The translations under genes were made by a program, and so were the position numbers. The notes beneath the pieces were generated by a model. That model was given only the letters and a program-made list of their open reading frames with translations. It made no database searches and was not told the origin of the DNA. A stretch of DNA of 32,000 nucleotides from Methanosphaera stadtmanae DSM 3091 (lineage in GTDB: Archaea; Methanobacteriota; Methanobacteria; Methanobacteriales; Methanobacteriaceae), in contig NC_007681.1 of the NCBI RefSeq assembly GCF_000012545.1, forward strand, positions 300,001 through 332,000. The letters run 5' to 3'. This document shows, piece by piece, positions 19,889 through 28,051 of this stretch (within the stretch, counting starts at the first letter, position 1; every line of letters starts with the position of its first letter).

Positions 19889-21088
19889 ATGGTTGATAAT
19901 AAATTAAATAAAAAATGGAAAGAAGATTTCTTTGAAATATTTGCAACAAAATCAGATGTTAAAGAGTTGGAAAATGCTGATAAAATTAAAATAGAACATT
20001 TTCCACCAGTATTAGGACAGTATTATCCAAGTAATATAGATGAAGATACACTCATTAAACTATGTGAAGGTAAATTATTTTTGACTAAATCAAAAAAACA
20101 ACCTGATTATGATGATTCACTTATAAAAATAGATTATGAAAAAGTTATAAAAACACAATTAAACACATTAATGCAACAACAAATAGCTAAGTTACAAGAA
20201 GAAGATCCAAATTTCTTAAAGGATGATGAAAAGGAAATAATTAAGAAGTCATCATTTCCATTTATAAAATTAATGACTCTTGTATATTCTAAGGATACAA
20301 AGGATATGTCTTGTAATGATCAAAAACAATGGAAAGAATATATGAATCAATTTATTACCCAACAAATAGTTTTTTCAATAGTTAATACATATTATACAAT
20401 GAAATTATATCAGGATAATATATACACAACCCTATTTCAAACACCATATAATAAGGATTATGTATGGAAGGAATATGGATATAATCATGAAGGAATCTGT
20501 GTAACATATAACTTTAAAGAAATAAGAAAAATAATAATAGAACAATTACAGAAAATATTCCCAGTATACTATATTAACAGTAAATCTGACATAAATTATG
20601 ATGTATACAACTCTGTATATGCATCACTTCTTAAAACAAAAGATAAAATAAATACATATGATAATCAATGGGTATATATAATGAGTTATAAATATACTGA
20701 AACTGAATATACGATGTTAGATAATTTATTAGAACCAGTATACACATATTCAATGACACATTCTAAAATAAATGAAATATTAAATGGAAATTATCTTGAA
20801 ATTAAAGATAATCAACTTAACTATAACTATAAAAAATTAATAGAAAATCTAGTTGATGTTCTCAATTCAAATGAATTTCAAGAAGAACTTAATACTAAAC
20901 TTCAAGAAGTATATGATATTACTCAAAATAATATTGATATAGACTTTATGAAACCAGAAGCAGTATATCTTGGAAGGGATTTTCCAGAAGAAAAAATAAA
21001 ACAAATCAAGGAAATAGTACAAAAAGAAGATATCATGATTTTTAAAATTAAACAATCAGAAGATAAACTATTTAAAGCATTAATATAG
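19889..21088 (+). CDS. hypothetical protein, DUF2971-like by motif resemblance
   Basis: 399 aa with GGTGA upstream. Segments resemble DUF2971 landmarks: GKLFLTKSKKQPDYDD, VWKEYGYNHEGICVTYNF and AVYLGRDFPEEKIKQIKEI. This is pattern recall, not an HMM result. Confidence 0.5.
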   Translation: MVDNKLNKKWKEDFFEIFATKSDVKELENADKIKIEHFPPVLGQYYPSNIDEDTLIKLCEGKLFLTKSKKQPDYDDSLIKIDYEKVIKTQLNTLMQQQIAKLQEEDPNFLKDDEKEIIKKSSFPFIKLMTLVYSKDTKDMSCNDQKQWKEYMNQFITQQIVFSIVNTYYTMKLYQDNIYTTLFQTPYNKDYVWKEYGYNHEGICVTYNFKEIRKIIIEQLQKIFPVYYINSKSDINYDVYNSVYASLLKTKDKINTYDNQWVYIMSYKYTETEYTMLDNLLEPVYTYSMTHSKINEILNGNYLEIKDNQLNYNYKKLIENLVDVLNSNEFQEELNTKLQEVYDITQNNIDIDFMKPEAVYLGRDFPEEKIKQIKEIVQKEDIMIFKIKQSEDKLFKALI

Positions 21089-21096
21089 GGATATAC

Positions 21097-22770
21097 ATGA
21101 CAAATACTTCTTATGAAAAATTAGTTGAGGTATATGAAAAAATCAGTAGTACATCAAGTCGTCTAGAAAAACAAGATATTATAGCCGATTTTCTTATGTA
21201 TATAAAAGAAACTGATGCTGATATAACATATGATATTACTCTATTACTTCAAGGTAAAATATTTCCACCATGGAGTGATAAAGAAATGGGTATATCAACT
21301 CAACTAATAATAAAAGCACTATCCAATCTATTAGGTGAAAGTACAAAATCCATAGAAAATAAGTTAGCAGAAGTAGGGGATATGGGGGAAATATCAGAGG
21401 AACTTATTAAGAATAACAAACAAGTAACATTCTTCAAAGTACCATTAACTGTTAAGAAAGTACTATCAAATCTTAGAAAAACAGAATCAATAACTGGAAG
21501 TAAATCACAAAACAAAAAAATAAACTATCTTCTAGAATTATATACTTCAGCTTCACCTCTCGAGGCAAAATATATTACAAGAACAATAACAGAAAGATTA
21601 AGGATAGGTGTGGGTGAAGGAACACTAGTTGAGGCAATAGCTCAAGCATATAATATTGATAAAGAAATTATTGATAGAGCATATATGTTATCAAATGATC
21701 TTGGAGAAGTAGCATCTCGAGCACAAGAATCCATAGAATCAGTAAAAAGCTTAACAATAACACCAGGAAAACCAATAAAACCAATGTTAGCACAATTAAG
21801 TCCAGGTATTAAAGAAAGTATTACTGAGATGAAAAAGGTAATATGTGAAACAAAGTATGATGGAATAAGGGTTCAAATTCATCATTATAACAATAAAACA
21901 AAGATATTTACAAGACGTTTAGAAAATGTAACAAATGCCCTACCTGAAGTAGTAGAATATATAGAAGAAGCCCTACCTTCTAAGGATTTTATTGTTGAAG
22001 GAGAAGTAATAGCAACAAAAGATAACAAACCAATATCATTCCAATACATACTTCAACGTGTAAAACGTAAATATGATATTGATAAAATGAGGGAGAAAAT
22101 ACCTTTAAAAGTATTTTTATTCGATGTATTATATTATGATAAGCCAACAGCAGAACTACCAATAATTCAAAGAAGACAATTACTTGAAGAGATTGTTACA
22201 ACAAGTAAAAATGTGGAACTAAGTACTATGAAAATAGTTTCTCAAGAAAATTATACAGAAGCAGAAAAATTATTCACATGGTCTATAGATGAAGGACATG
22301 AAGGTATAATGTTTAAAGATGTTACAAGTCCCTATTCTCCAGGTAAACGTGGAAAAAACATGCTTAAATACAAACCATTACGTGAAACACTTGATTGTGT
22401 AATAACAGGTGGAACTTATGGTAAAGGTAAAAGAGCTAAATTCTTTGGATCGTATTTATTATCCTTACTTGATGAGAAAACTGGGGAATATAAAACATTA
22501 GTTCATGCAGCAACAGGTATGGATGATGATCTCTTAGCTTCCCTTACAAAACGGATGGAAAAACTAATAATATCTAAATCAGAACAGAACGTTCTTTTCA
22601 AACCAAAAGTAATACTTGAAATTGCATATAGTGAAATTGTAGAAAGTAATGAATATGAATCAGGTTATTCACTACGTTTTCCAGCAATAAAAGGAGTTCG
22701 TGATGATATTGGTCTTGATGAGGTAGATACTTTAAGTAAACTTCATCAGATGATAGACTTACAAAAATAA
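21097..22770 (+). CDS. lig: ATP-dependent DNA ligase
   Basis: 557 aa with adenylation motif I KYDGIR (ETKYDGIRVQIH) and the later motifs EGIMFK and LKYKP. The ATG lies 8 nt after the stop of the upstream gene. Confidence 0.95.
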   Translation: MTNTSYEKLVEVYEKISSTSSRLEKQDIIADFLMYIKETDADITYDITLLLQGKIFPPWSDKEMGISTQLIIKALSNLLGESTKSIENKLAEVGDMGEISEELIKNNKQVTFFKVPLTVKKVLSNLRKTESITGSKSQNKKINYLLELYTSASPLEAKYITRTITERLRIGVGEGTLVEAIAQAYNIDKEIIDRAYMLSNDLGEVASRAQESIESVKSLTITPGKPIKPMLAQLSPGIKESITEMKKVICETKYDGIRVQIHHYNNKTKIFTRRLENVTNALPEVVEYIEEALPSKDFIVEGEVIATKDNKPISFQYILQRVKRKYDIDKMREKIPLKVFLFDVLYYDKPTAELPIIQRRQLLEEIVTTSKNVELSTMKIVSQENYTEAEKLFTWSIDEGHEGIMFKDVTSPYSPGKRGKNMLKYKPLRETLDCVITGGTYGKGKRAKFFGSYLLSLLDEKTGEYKTLVHAATGMDDDLLASLTKRMEKLIISKSEQNVLFKPKVILEIAYSEIVESNEYESGYSLRFPAIKGVRDDIGLDEVDTLSKLHQMIDLQK

Positions 22771-22801
22771 TTATTAATAATACTTGTCATATTATTAATA
22801 A
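22771..22801. repeat. perfect 12-bp inverted repeat TTATTAATAATA-N7-TATTATTAATAA between lig and the OB-fold gene
   Basis: Read directly: arms at 22771-22782 and 22790-22801 with loop CTTGTCA. It starts immediately after the lig stop codon and ends 8 nt before ATG 22810. Confidence 0.7.
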
Positions 22802-22809
22802 AAGTCGTT

Positions 22810-23178
22810 ATGCATGATAAAGAAATATTTAAAATAACATTAACAACAACAATACTGGGACTTATAGGATTAATTATCTTATCAGGGTATGTAAATCCAG
22901 AGGAGTTATCAGTAAATGAAATTGATAAATCAAAAATAGATAATCAAGTGAAAGTCACTGGAATTATTGAAAACTACACTATTACTAAAACTGGAACGAT
23001 GATTATTACATTAAATGATGGAAGTAATGTGATAAAAGTAGTTATCTTTCCAAGTACCTCATTAAATACCACATTATATAATGGAATGAATATTACAGTT
23101 ACAGCAAGGGTAGTAGAATATAATGGGGAGATGGAATTAATTATTGAGAAGTCAAAAAATTTAGAAATAAATTCTTAA
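22810..23178 (+). CDS. membrane-anchored OB-fold (tRNA_anti-like) nucleic-acid-binding protein
   Basis: 122 aa with an N-terminal TM helix (ITLTTTILGLIGLIILSG) followed by an OB-fold-like pattern (VKVTGIIENY...ITLNDGSNVIKVVIF...ITVTARVVEYNGEMELII). Confidence 0.6.
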   Translation: MHDKEIFKITLTTTILGLIGLIILSGYVNPEELSVNEIDKSKIDNQVKVTGIIENYTITKTGTMIITLNDGSNVIKVVIFPSTSLNTTLYNGMNITVTARVVEYNGEMELIIEKSKNLEINS

Positions 23179-23192
23179 CTTCTCCTTATTAC

Positions 23193-23963
23193 TTATTTTC
23201 CTGAAGTTAATTCTTTAATATCATCAGGATATTCACCAAATATTCTTTCTTTCAATGACATTTTTTTAATTTCAGCAAATATAACTCTATATTCTTTGTT
23301 TTCATTTTGAAGATTGTTATATTCTTTTTGTAATTTATTCAATGTTTCAACTATGTGTTTATAATCACTTCTTGCAGTACGTGTATCTTTTTGTTGTTGT
23401 TTTAATTCATTGTTAATAGTTTCAAACATTGCATTAATACTTTTATTGTCTTCTTTTAGTTGTTTGTAGGTTTCTTCTAATTGTTGATAATTCTTTTGAA
23501 GTAATTTATTTTCACGTTCAGGATACTCTAATTTACTGTTAAGTTCAAGATTCTTTTTTTCTAATTCAATATTTCTATTATGTAGTTTTCTGTTTTTCTC
23601 TTCAATTTCTTTTAACATAGTATTAATATTATCAAGTTCATTTACAAGTTCATTGATTTTAGTATCTTTTGTATTTATATCATCTGTAAGTTCTTTATTT
23701 TGTGATTTCAAGTTACTTAATTGTTCATCATTATTTGATAATTCAAGTTCTTTGAGTTCATTTTTAATTCTTTGATTATCATCTAGTATGGAGTTAATTT
23801 TATTGGCTGTTATATCTGGGTTTTGAAGATATATTTCAATAAGCTGTTCAACAGTACTTCCAATATATCCTCTACTAGTACCATGATTTTCTTCAATAGC
23901 TTCTATAAATTCTTCCCATTTTTCTCCATTTTTAAATCTAATTGTTGCTGTTTTTGAACTCAT
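23193..23963 (-). CDS. ribbon-helix-helix-like N-terminal domain fused to a ~190-aa coiled coil
   Basis: From ATG 23963 the N-terminus reads MSSKTATIRFKNGEKWEEFIEAIEENHGTSRGYIGSTVEQLIEIYL, a beta-alpha-alpha pattern like CopG/Arc. It is followed by heptad-rich E/K/N/L sequence. The ORF track extends to GTG 24017, inside the first repeat dyad, which I consider less likely. Confidence 0.6.
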   Translation of the reverse strand: MSSKTATIRFKNGEKWEEFIEAIEENHGTSRGYIGSTVEQLIEIYLQNPDITANKINSILDDNQRIKNELKELELSNNDEQLSNLKSQNKELTDDINTKDTKINELVNELDNINTMLKEIEEKNRKLHNRNIELEKKNLELNSKLEYPERENKLLQKNYQQLEETYKQLKEDNKSINAMFETINNELKQQQKDTRTARSDYKHIVETLNKLQKEYNNLQNENKEYRVIFAEIKKMSLKERIFGEYPDDIKELTSGK

Positions 23964-23999
23964 ATCTATGATTCCCTTTTTTCTTAAAAATATTCTATA

Positions 24000-24811
24000 T
24001 GTATACATGATGTACACATTAGATTTCCTTTCAAATAGCTATATACTCATGTCTCATTCATTTAATATAATTATCATTTTTGTATGTGTACATGTATGTG
24101 TACATCATCAAATTGTTGTATTTTTTATTAAAATCATGTATTGTTTGTATCTTGTGTATTTCATAATTTTAATACATCTGTACCTTTTTTTTCATGAATA
24201 TTTTGATGTAAACATTATGTGTACATTATTATAATTTAAGATTTCTTATCTATAATTATGTATGTTGTTACTTATAATCTTTTGGTTAATGTGTACATAA
24301 TGTACACTCTAAAAAATAGTTCTAAATATTCTAATTCGATATATCTTCACATTAAAAATATTTTGTGTACTTTTGTGTACATGTTGTAAACATAAATTAT
24401 CTGATGTATACTTGATGTACACAATTAAACTATATTTTCTAAAAATATTATGTATTTGAATTTGATATATTCTTTTGAAGTATGTTGTTGTAATTAGGAG
24501 TAGTTGAATGTAATCTTCATGTGTACATATGAAAAAAATTTTTGAAGTTATATGATATTTTTTTTTATTTTTTCAATTTTCTAAAAAAATTATTATATCT
24601 TGAAAACATCAAATCATACTTTGTATACATTATGTAAACATATATAATATCTCTTGAATATACTAATATATGAACATATATTTGTTTTTGAATTATTTAT
24701 TATAATCTATGTACACATGATGTATACATGAGTGTTATTGGTTTTTATTTAAAAACAACACACAAAAGTATAGTATAGTTAATGTTTACATAAATCTTAT
24801 TTTTGTGTACA
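24000..24811. repeat. iteron field: about 20 TGT-N2-ACA half-sites, including seven TGTNNACA-N3-TGTNNACA dyads
   Basis: Dyads start at 24000, 24207, 24290, 24374, 24405, 24622 and 24710, each with 11-bp half-site spacing. Exact TGTACAC occurs at 24011, 24301, 24416 and 24710. Exact GTGTACA occurs at 24086, 24098, 24219, 24291, 24375, 24521 and 24805. There is no credible ORF in the gap. Confidence 0.85.
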
Positions 24812-24870
24812 TTTTCTTTTCATGTAATTATTTTAGTAAAGATAAAAAACTATTACAATTATAACTATTA

Positions 24871-24888
24871 ATTATAATTATAATTATA
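24871..24888 (+). promoter_or_regulatory. (ATTATA)x3 hexamer repeat, TATA-like, 23 nt upstream of ATG 24911
   Basis: Three exact tandem ATTATA units read from the sequence. The position fits a TATA element giving a very short or absent leader. This is speculative. Confidence 0.3.
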
Positions 24889-24910
24889 AAAATAATCTAA
24901 AGGGACATCT

Positions 24911-26443
24911 ATGAATATTAACTTTAATAATAAGAAATTAATTCTATTACCAGCAACTATCACATGTATCATATCCTTATTGTTAGTATATAAATTTACA
25001 TTTCCAATATCATGGGATGTATATTATCATATACATATGGCTAATTTATATATGACAAATGGCCTTGTATTTTGGGATTATTCAACAGTAGCACCACATG
25101 GTAGACTCATAATGTATCCTCCATTGTTTCATTTGTTTTTAGCAACAATTTCAAACATAACACATATATCCCTTGTTAATATTACTAGATTTTTACAACC
25201 AGTATTTGCATTCTTTGTAATCTATATTATATCCTACTCATCATACAGATTATACTCAATAAAGCATGGTGTAATTACGGGTTTTCTTGGAATGTTATCC
25301 TTTGTAACATTTAATAGATCAGTAATATGTACTCCTGCAACAATTGCCATTGCACTTTCAATGATTGTATGTGTGCTATTTTTTATTGGATTTAGAGATA
25401 ATAATAAGAAAGACATACTATTATCAGCAATATTTCTAGGATTAATATGTAATCTACACATGGCAACATCCATCATGACAATTGGGGTTGTAGGGTTATA
25501 TGGTCTTATACAATTAGTTAGAAAACAATTAAATAGTAAATATCTTTTAATATACATTATAATATCCATGATTATAGCACTACCATGGTGGTTATATATT
25601 CTGATAAATTATGGGTTATTTTTCAATTCAATAGCAGGAAATCCACTTTTTATTGGAGTATATTTCTATAAATATTATGGTATTATTCCATTGTTATTTA
25701 CTATAATAGGATTTTACACATTATATAAAAACAAATCTAATAAATCACTATTTCTATTAGTATGGTCTTTATCATTGGTACTACTAAGTCAAGTAACATA
25801 TCTTGGGATAGAAACAGTTTCAATTAGAATTCTAGAAGTGGCAAGTTATCCATTAATACTAATTAGTGGTGTAGGATTTATAGAAGTATGTAATTACATT
25901 AAAAATAAAAATATGGAGAAATTATTAGTAATACTTCTTGTTATATTCTCAGTACTAAGTGTAGTTGCATATGTGGATAGTTATACACCTGATGTATTAG
26001 CAGATAATGATTATAATACTACACTTATTCCAACAGAGATGCATATGGTAATAGATCCTATTGGAACAATATCAAAACCATCTATTATATCTTCCAGATT
26101 TTCTGATGCAACTTTAGCTCATGACAGATACCATGTCATGTCTTGGTTTGTAAATAATAGTGATGGATCACTTCTTGTATCAGAAGATTCTGTTATGGAT
26201 ACAATTGTTGTATCAACTAGTAATACACCAGTTGTTTATGGAGGATTTACTGAATCTATTCCAGTGTATGTTGTAGATCCTGTACATATAATAGAAAATC
26301 ATTCAACAGAAAGTGAGTTATCTGATTTAGGTGTAGGTTATATATTACTAAAACATGATACACCAATACCCATATATGCACAAAATATATACTCAAATTC
26401 AAATTATAAAATATGTATTATAAAAGATAGTTACAGGAAATAA
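24911..26443 (+). CDS. polytopic membrane protein, GT-C-fold glycosyltransferase-like (ArnT/PMT/oligosaccharyltransferase-like topology)
   Basis: 510 aa with roughly a dozen hydrophobic helices, an acidic/aromatic first loop (PISWDVYYHIHMANLY) and a ~150-aa soluble C-terminal domain. Family assignment rests on architecture only. Confidence 0.5.
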   Translation: MNINFNNKKLILLPATITCIISLLLVYKFTFPISWDVYYHIHMANLYMTNGLVFWDYSTVAPHGRLIMYPPLFHLFLATISNITHISLVNITRFLQPVFAFFVIYIISYSSYRLYSIKHGVITGFLGMLSFVTFNRSVICTPATIAIALSMIVCVLFFIGFRDNNKKDILLSAIFLGLICNLHMATSIMTIGVVGLYGLIQLVRKQLNSKYLLIYIIISMIIALPWWLYILINYGLFFNSIAGNPLFIGVYFYKYYGIIPLLFTIIGFYTLYKNKSNKSLFLLVWSLSLVLLSQVTYLGIETVSIRILEVASYPLILISGVGFIEVCNYIKNKNMEKLLVILLVIFSVLSVVAYVDSYTPDVLADNDYNTTLIPTEMHMVIDPIGTISKPSIISSRFSDATLAHDRYHVMSWFVNNSDGSLLVSEDSVMDTIVVSTSNTPVVYGGFTESIPVYVVDPVHIIENHSTESELSDLGVGYILLKHDTPIPIYAQNIYSNSNYKICIIKDSYRK

Positions 26444-26447
26444 GATA

Positions 26448-27914
26448 ATGAAATATAAAATATTAGCAATCATAGTAATTGTAGTACTACTTGGTATATT
26501 TTCTACTAAATTCCTCTACACAGATTCTATGGATATTGATAATAATACACTGGTAATATCAGTATGTACTGGGAATATGAGGGGATTGGAAACAGGAATT
26601 TCTGTATATGCTGGATATAATAAAGCACCACTAGTACTATCTGATAGAACATTACCTCAACAATTAGATTCATGGTTACCATCATTTATTAAAAAAAACA
26701 ATATTAAGAAAATAGTGGTTGTTGGACCTATCACTGCTAAACAACTACTACAACTACATATGTGTGGTGTTGAAGTTAAACAAGTCTATGGTAAATCTAT
26801 ACCAGACATATTAACAAAAGTTGCAGATAACACTCCAACTAAAAATAATGATACACTTATATTTTCAGCATCAGATCCACTTGCAGGAGTTCTTGGAGCA
26901 TATATAAAAACACCAGTTTTTATCACAGCAACAAATGAAACATATAATTCTGCAGATGTATTAGATACAAAATATGATGAATATATTAAAACACATAATA
27001 TCTCACACATAATAATCGTGGGAAATCTACCAGAATCTCTTAAAAATCAGTTAAAATCATACAATACAACAATTGAAGAATTATCTGGAAGAAACAGTGT
27101 AGATGTTAGTATCAATGTAAATAATAAACTTAAGTCATTAGGTCTTTTAAATAATACAACACAAGCATACTATGGATTTTATGGTGAACTACCCACAATA
27201 GTTCCACTTGTTATTCAAAATAATGCAATGTTAATAGAAGATTCATCAAATCATGGGGATATAAGTGATTATATTAAAGAAAATAACGTTTCAAAAATAA
27301 CACTTACAAGAAATACAGAATCAGATTATATACAAATGGAAGAATCAGATTATATATCATCAAAAATTATAGATGAATTTAGAGAAAATAATATAGATAC
27401 AGAATTTCTTACAAATAACAGAACACTAGATGAAGCCACAGGATTGTATGATGTGAAAATAAACAGTATTGAAAATGTTAAAAATCATACAAAATATATA
27501 AATAACACTACAACTGGAAAAAGTATGGAATCAAGTCCTCCATTAATAGAAATGCTTAATTATACATCTGTAGTTGACTCAAATAATATATCTGCAAATA
27601 TAACAAATAATAACAACACATATAATGTAAAATGGAGTACAATACATCCATATACTTGGAAAAAAATCAGTAATAATGCTTATTATGCAACATCAAATAC
27701 TGGATATGAATACTTCTGGAATTATGATGAAAATACATGGACTGTTGACTATAAATACAATAACACATCATATTATCAAGTTAAATGGATAAAAAATACT
27801 GATAATACATGGACTGAAATGCATCCTACAAATAACTACACATGGAACTATGATGGAAATAAATGGGCATGCTATAAAAATTCACAAATGATATATTATA
27901 TATCTAAAAAATAA
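26448..27914 (+). CDS. signal-anchored surface protein with three CWB2-like repeats and an Asn/Trp-rich C-terminal region
   Basis: It has an N-terminal TM/signal (ILAIIVIVVLLGIF). Three segments resemble cell-wall-binding repeat 2 (…YNKAPLVLSD…IKKIVVVGP; …AYIKTPVFITAT…ISHIIIVGN; …TIVPLVIQNNAMLIED…VSKITLT). It starts 4 nt after the upstream stop. Confidence 0.5.
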   Translation: MKYKILAIIVIVVLLGIFSTKFLYTDSMDIDNNTLVISVCTGNMRGLETGISVYAGYNKAPLVLSDRTLPQQLDSWLPSFIKKNNIKKIVVVGPITAKQLLQLHMCGVEVKQVYGKSIPDILTKVADNTPTKNNDTLIFSASDPLAGVLGAYIKTPVFITATNETYNSADVLDTKYDEYIKTHNISHIIIVGNLPESLKNQLKSYNTTIEELSGRNSVDVSINVNNKLKSLGLLNNTTQAYYGFYGELPTIVPLVIQNNAMLIEDSSNHGDISDYIKENNVSKITLTRNTESDYIQMEESDYISSKIIDEFRENNIDTEFLTNNRTLDEATGLYDVKINSIENVKNHTKYINNTTTGKSMESSPPLIEMLNYTSVVDSNNISANITNNNNTYNVKWSTIHPYTWKKISNNAYYATSNTGYEYFWNYDENTWTVDYKYNNTSYYQVKWIKNTDNTWTEMHPTNNYTWNYDGNKWACYKNSQMIYYISKK

Positions 27915-27934
27915 CCACCTCTTTATCAAATTTC

Positions 27935-27942
27935 TTTTTTTT
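27935..27942 (+). terminator. oligo-T tract (T8) after the surface-protein gene
   Basis: TTTCTTTTTTTT lies 17-28 nt downstream of the stop at 27914. Confidence 0.4.
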
Positions 27943-28051
27943 AAATAAAAAAATGTATAATTTATAAAAAGTATATAATAATACATATAATAAAAAACTA
28001 TTTTATTTAATAAAGAAGAGTTAATTTAAGAATATAGGAGAAGAAAAACAT

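Noticed and set aside
23968-24234. 88-aa ORF (+) across the start of the repeat field.
   Set aside because: Its sequence (VCVHVCVH..., Phe/Ile/Leu-rich) is simply the translated TGTGTACA iterons. It has no RBS and overlaps the promoter region of the RHH gene.
24495-24513. Start-stop mini-ORF: TAGGAG, 7 nt, then ATG TAA.
   Set aside because: It is a neat SD-ATG-stop arrangement. However, it is a single occurrence in AT-rich DNA and easily arises by chance. It is worth checking only if ribosome profiling data exist.
24000-24811. CRISPR array as an explanation for the repeats.
   Set aside because: The units are 8-19 bp, degenerate, in both orientations and irregularly spaced by 31-217 bp. There are no 25-40 bp constant repeats with uniform spacers, and no cas genes in the window.
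22810-27914. Integrated mobile element or prophage covering the accessory-looking block.
   Set aside because: There is no integrase, transposase, tRNA target or flanking direct repeat. The similar units at 24000 and 24710 are swapped half-sites inside one intergenic region, not att-like borders.
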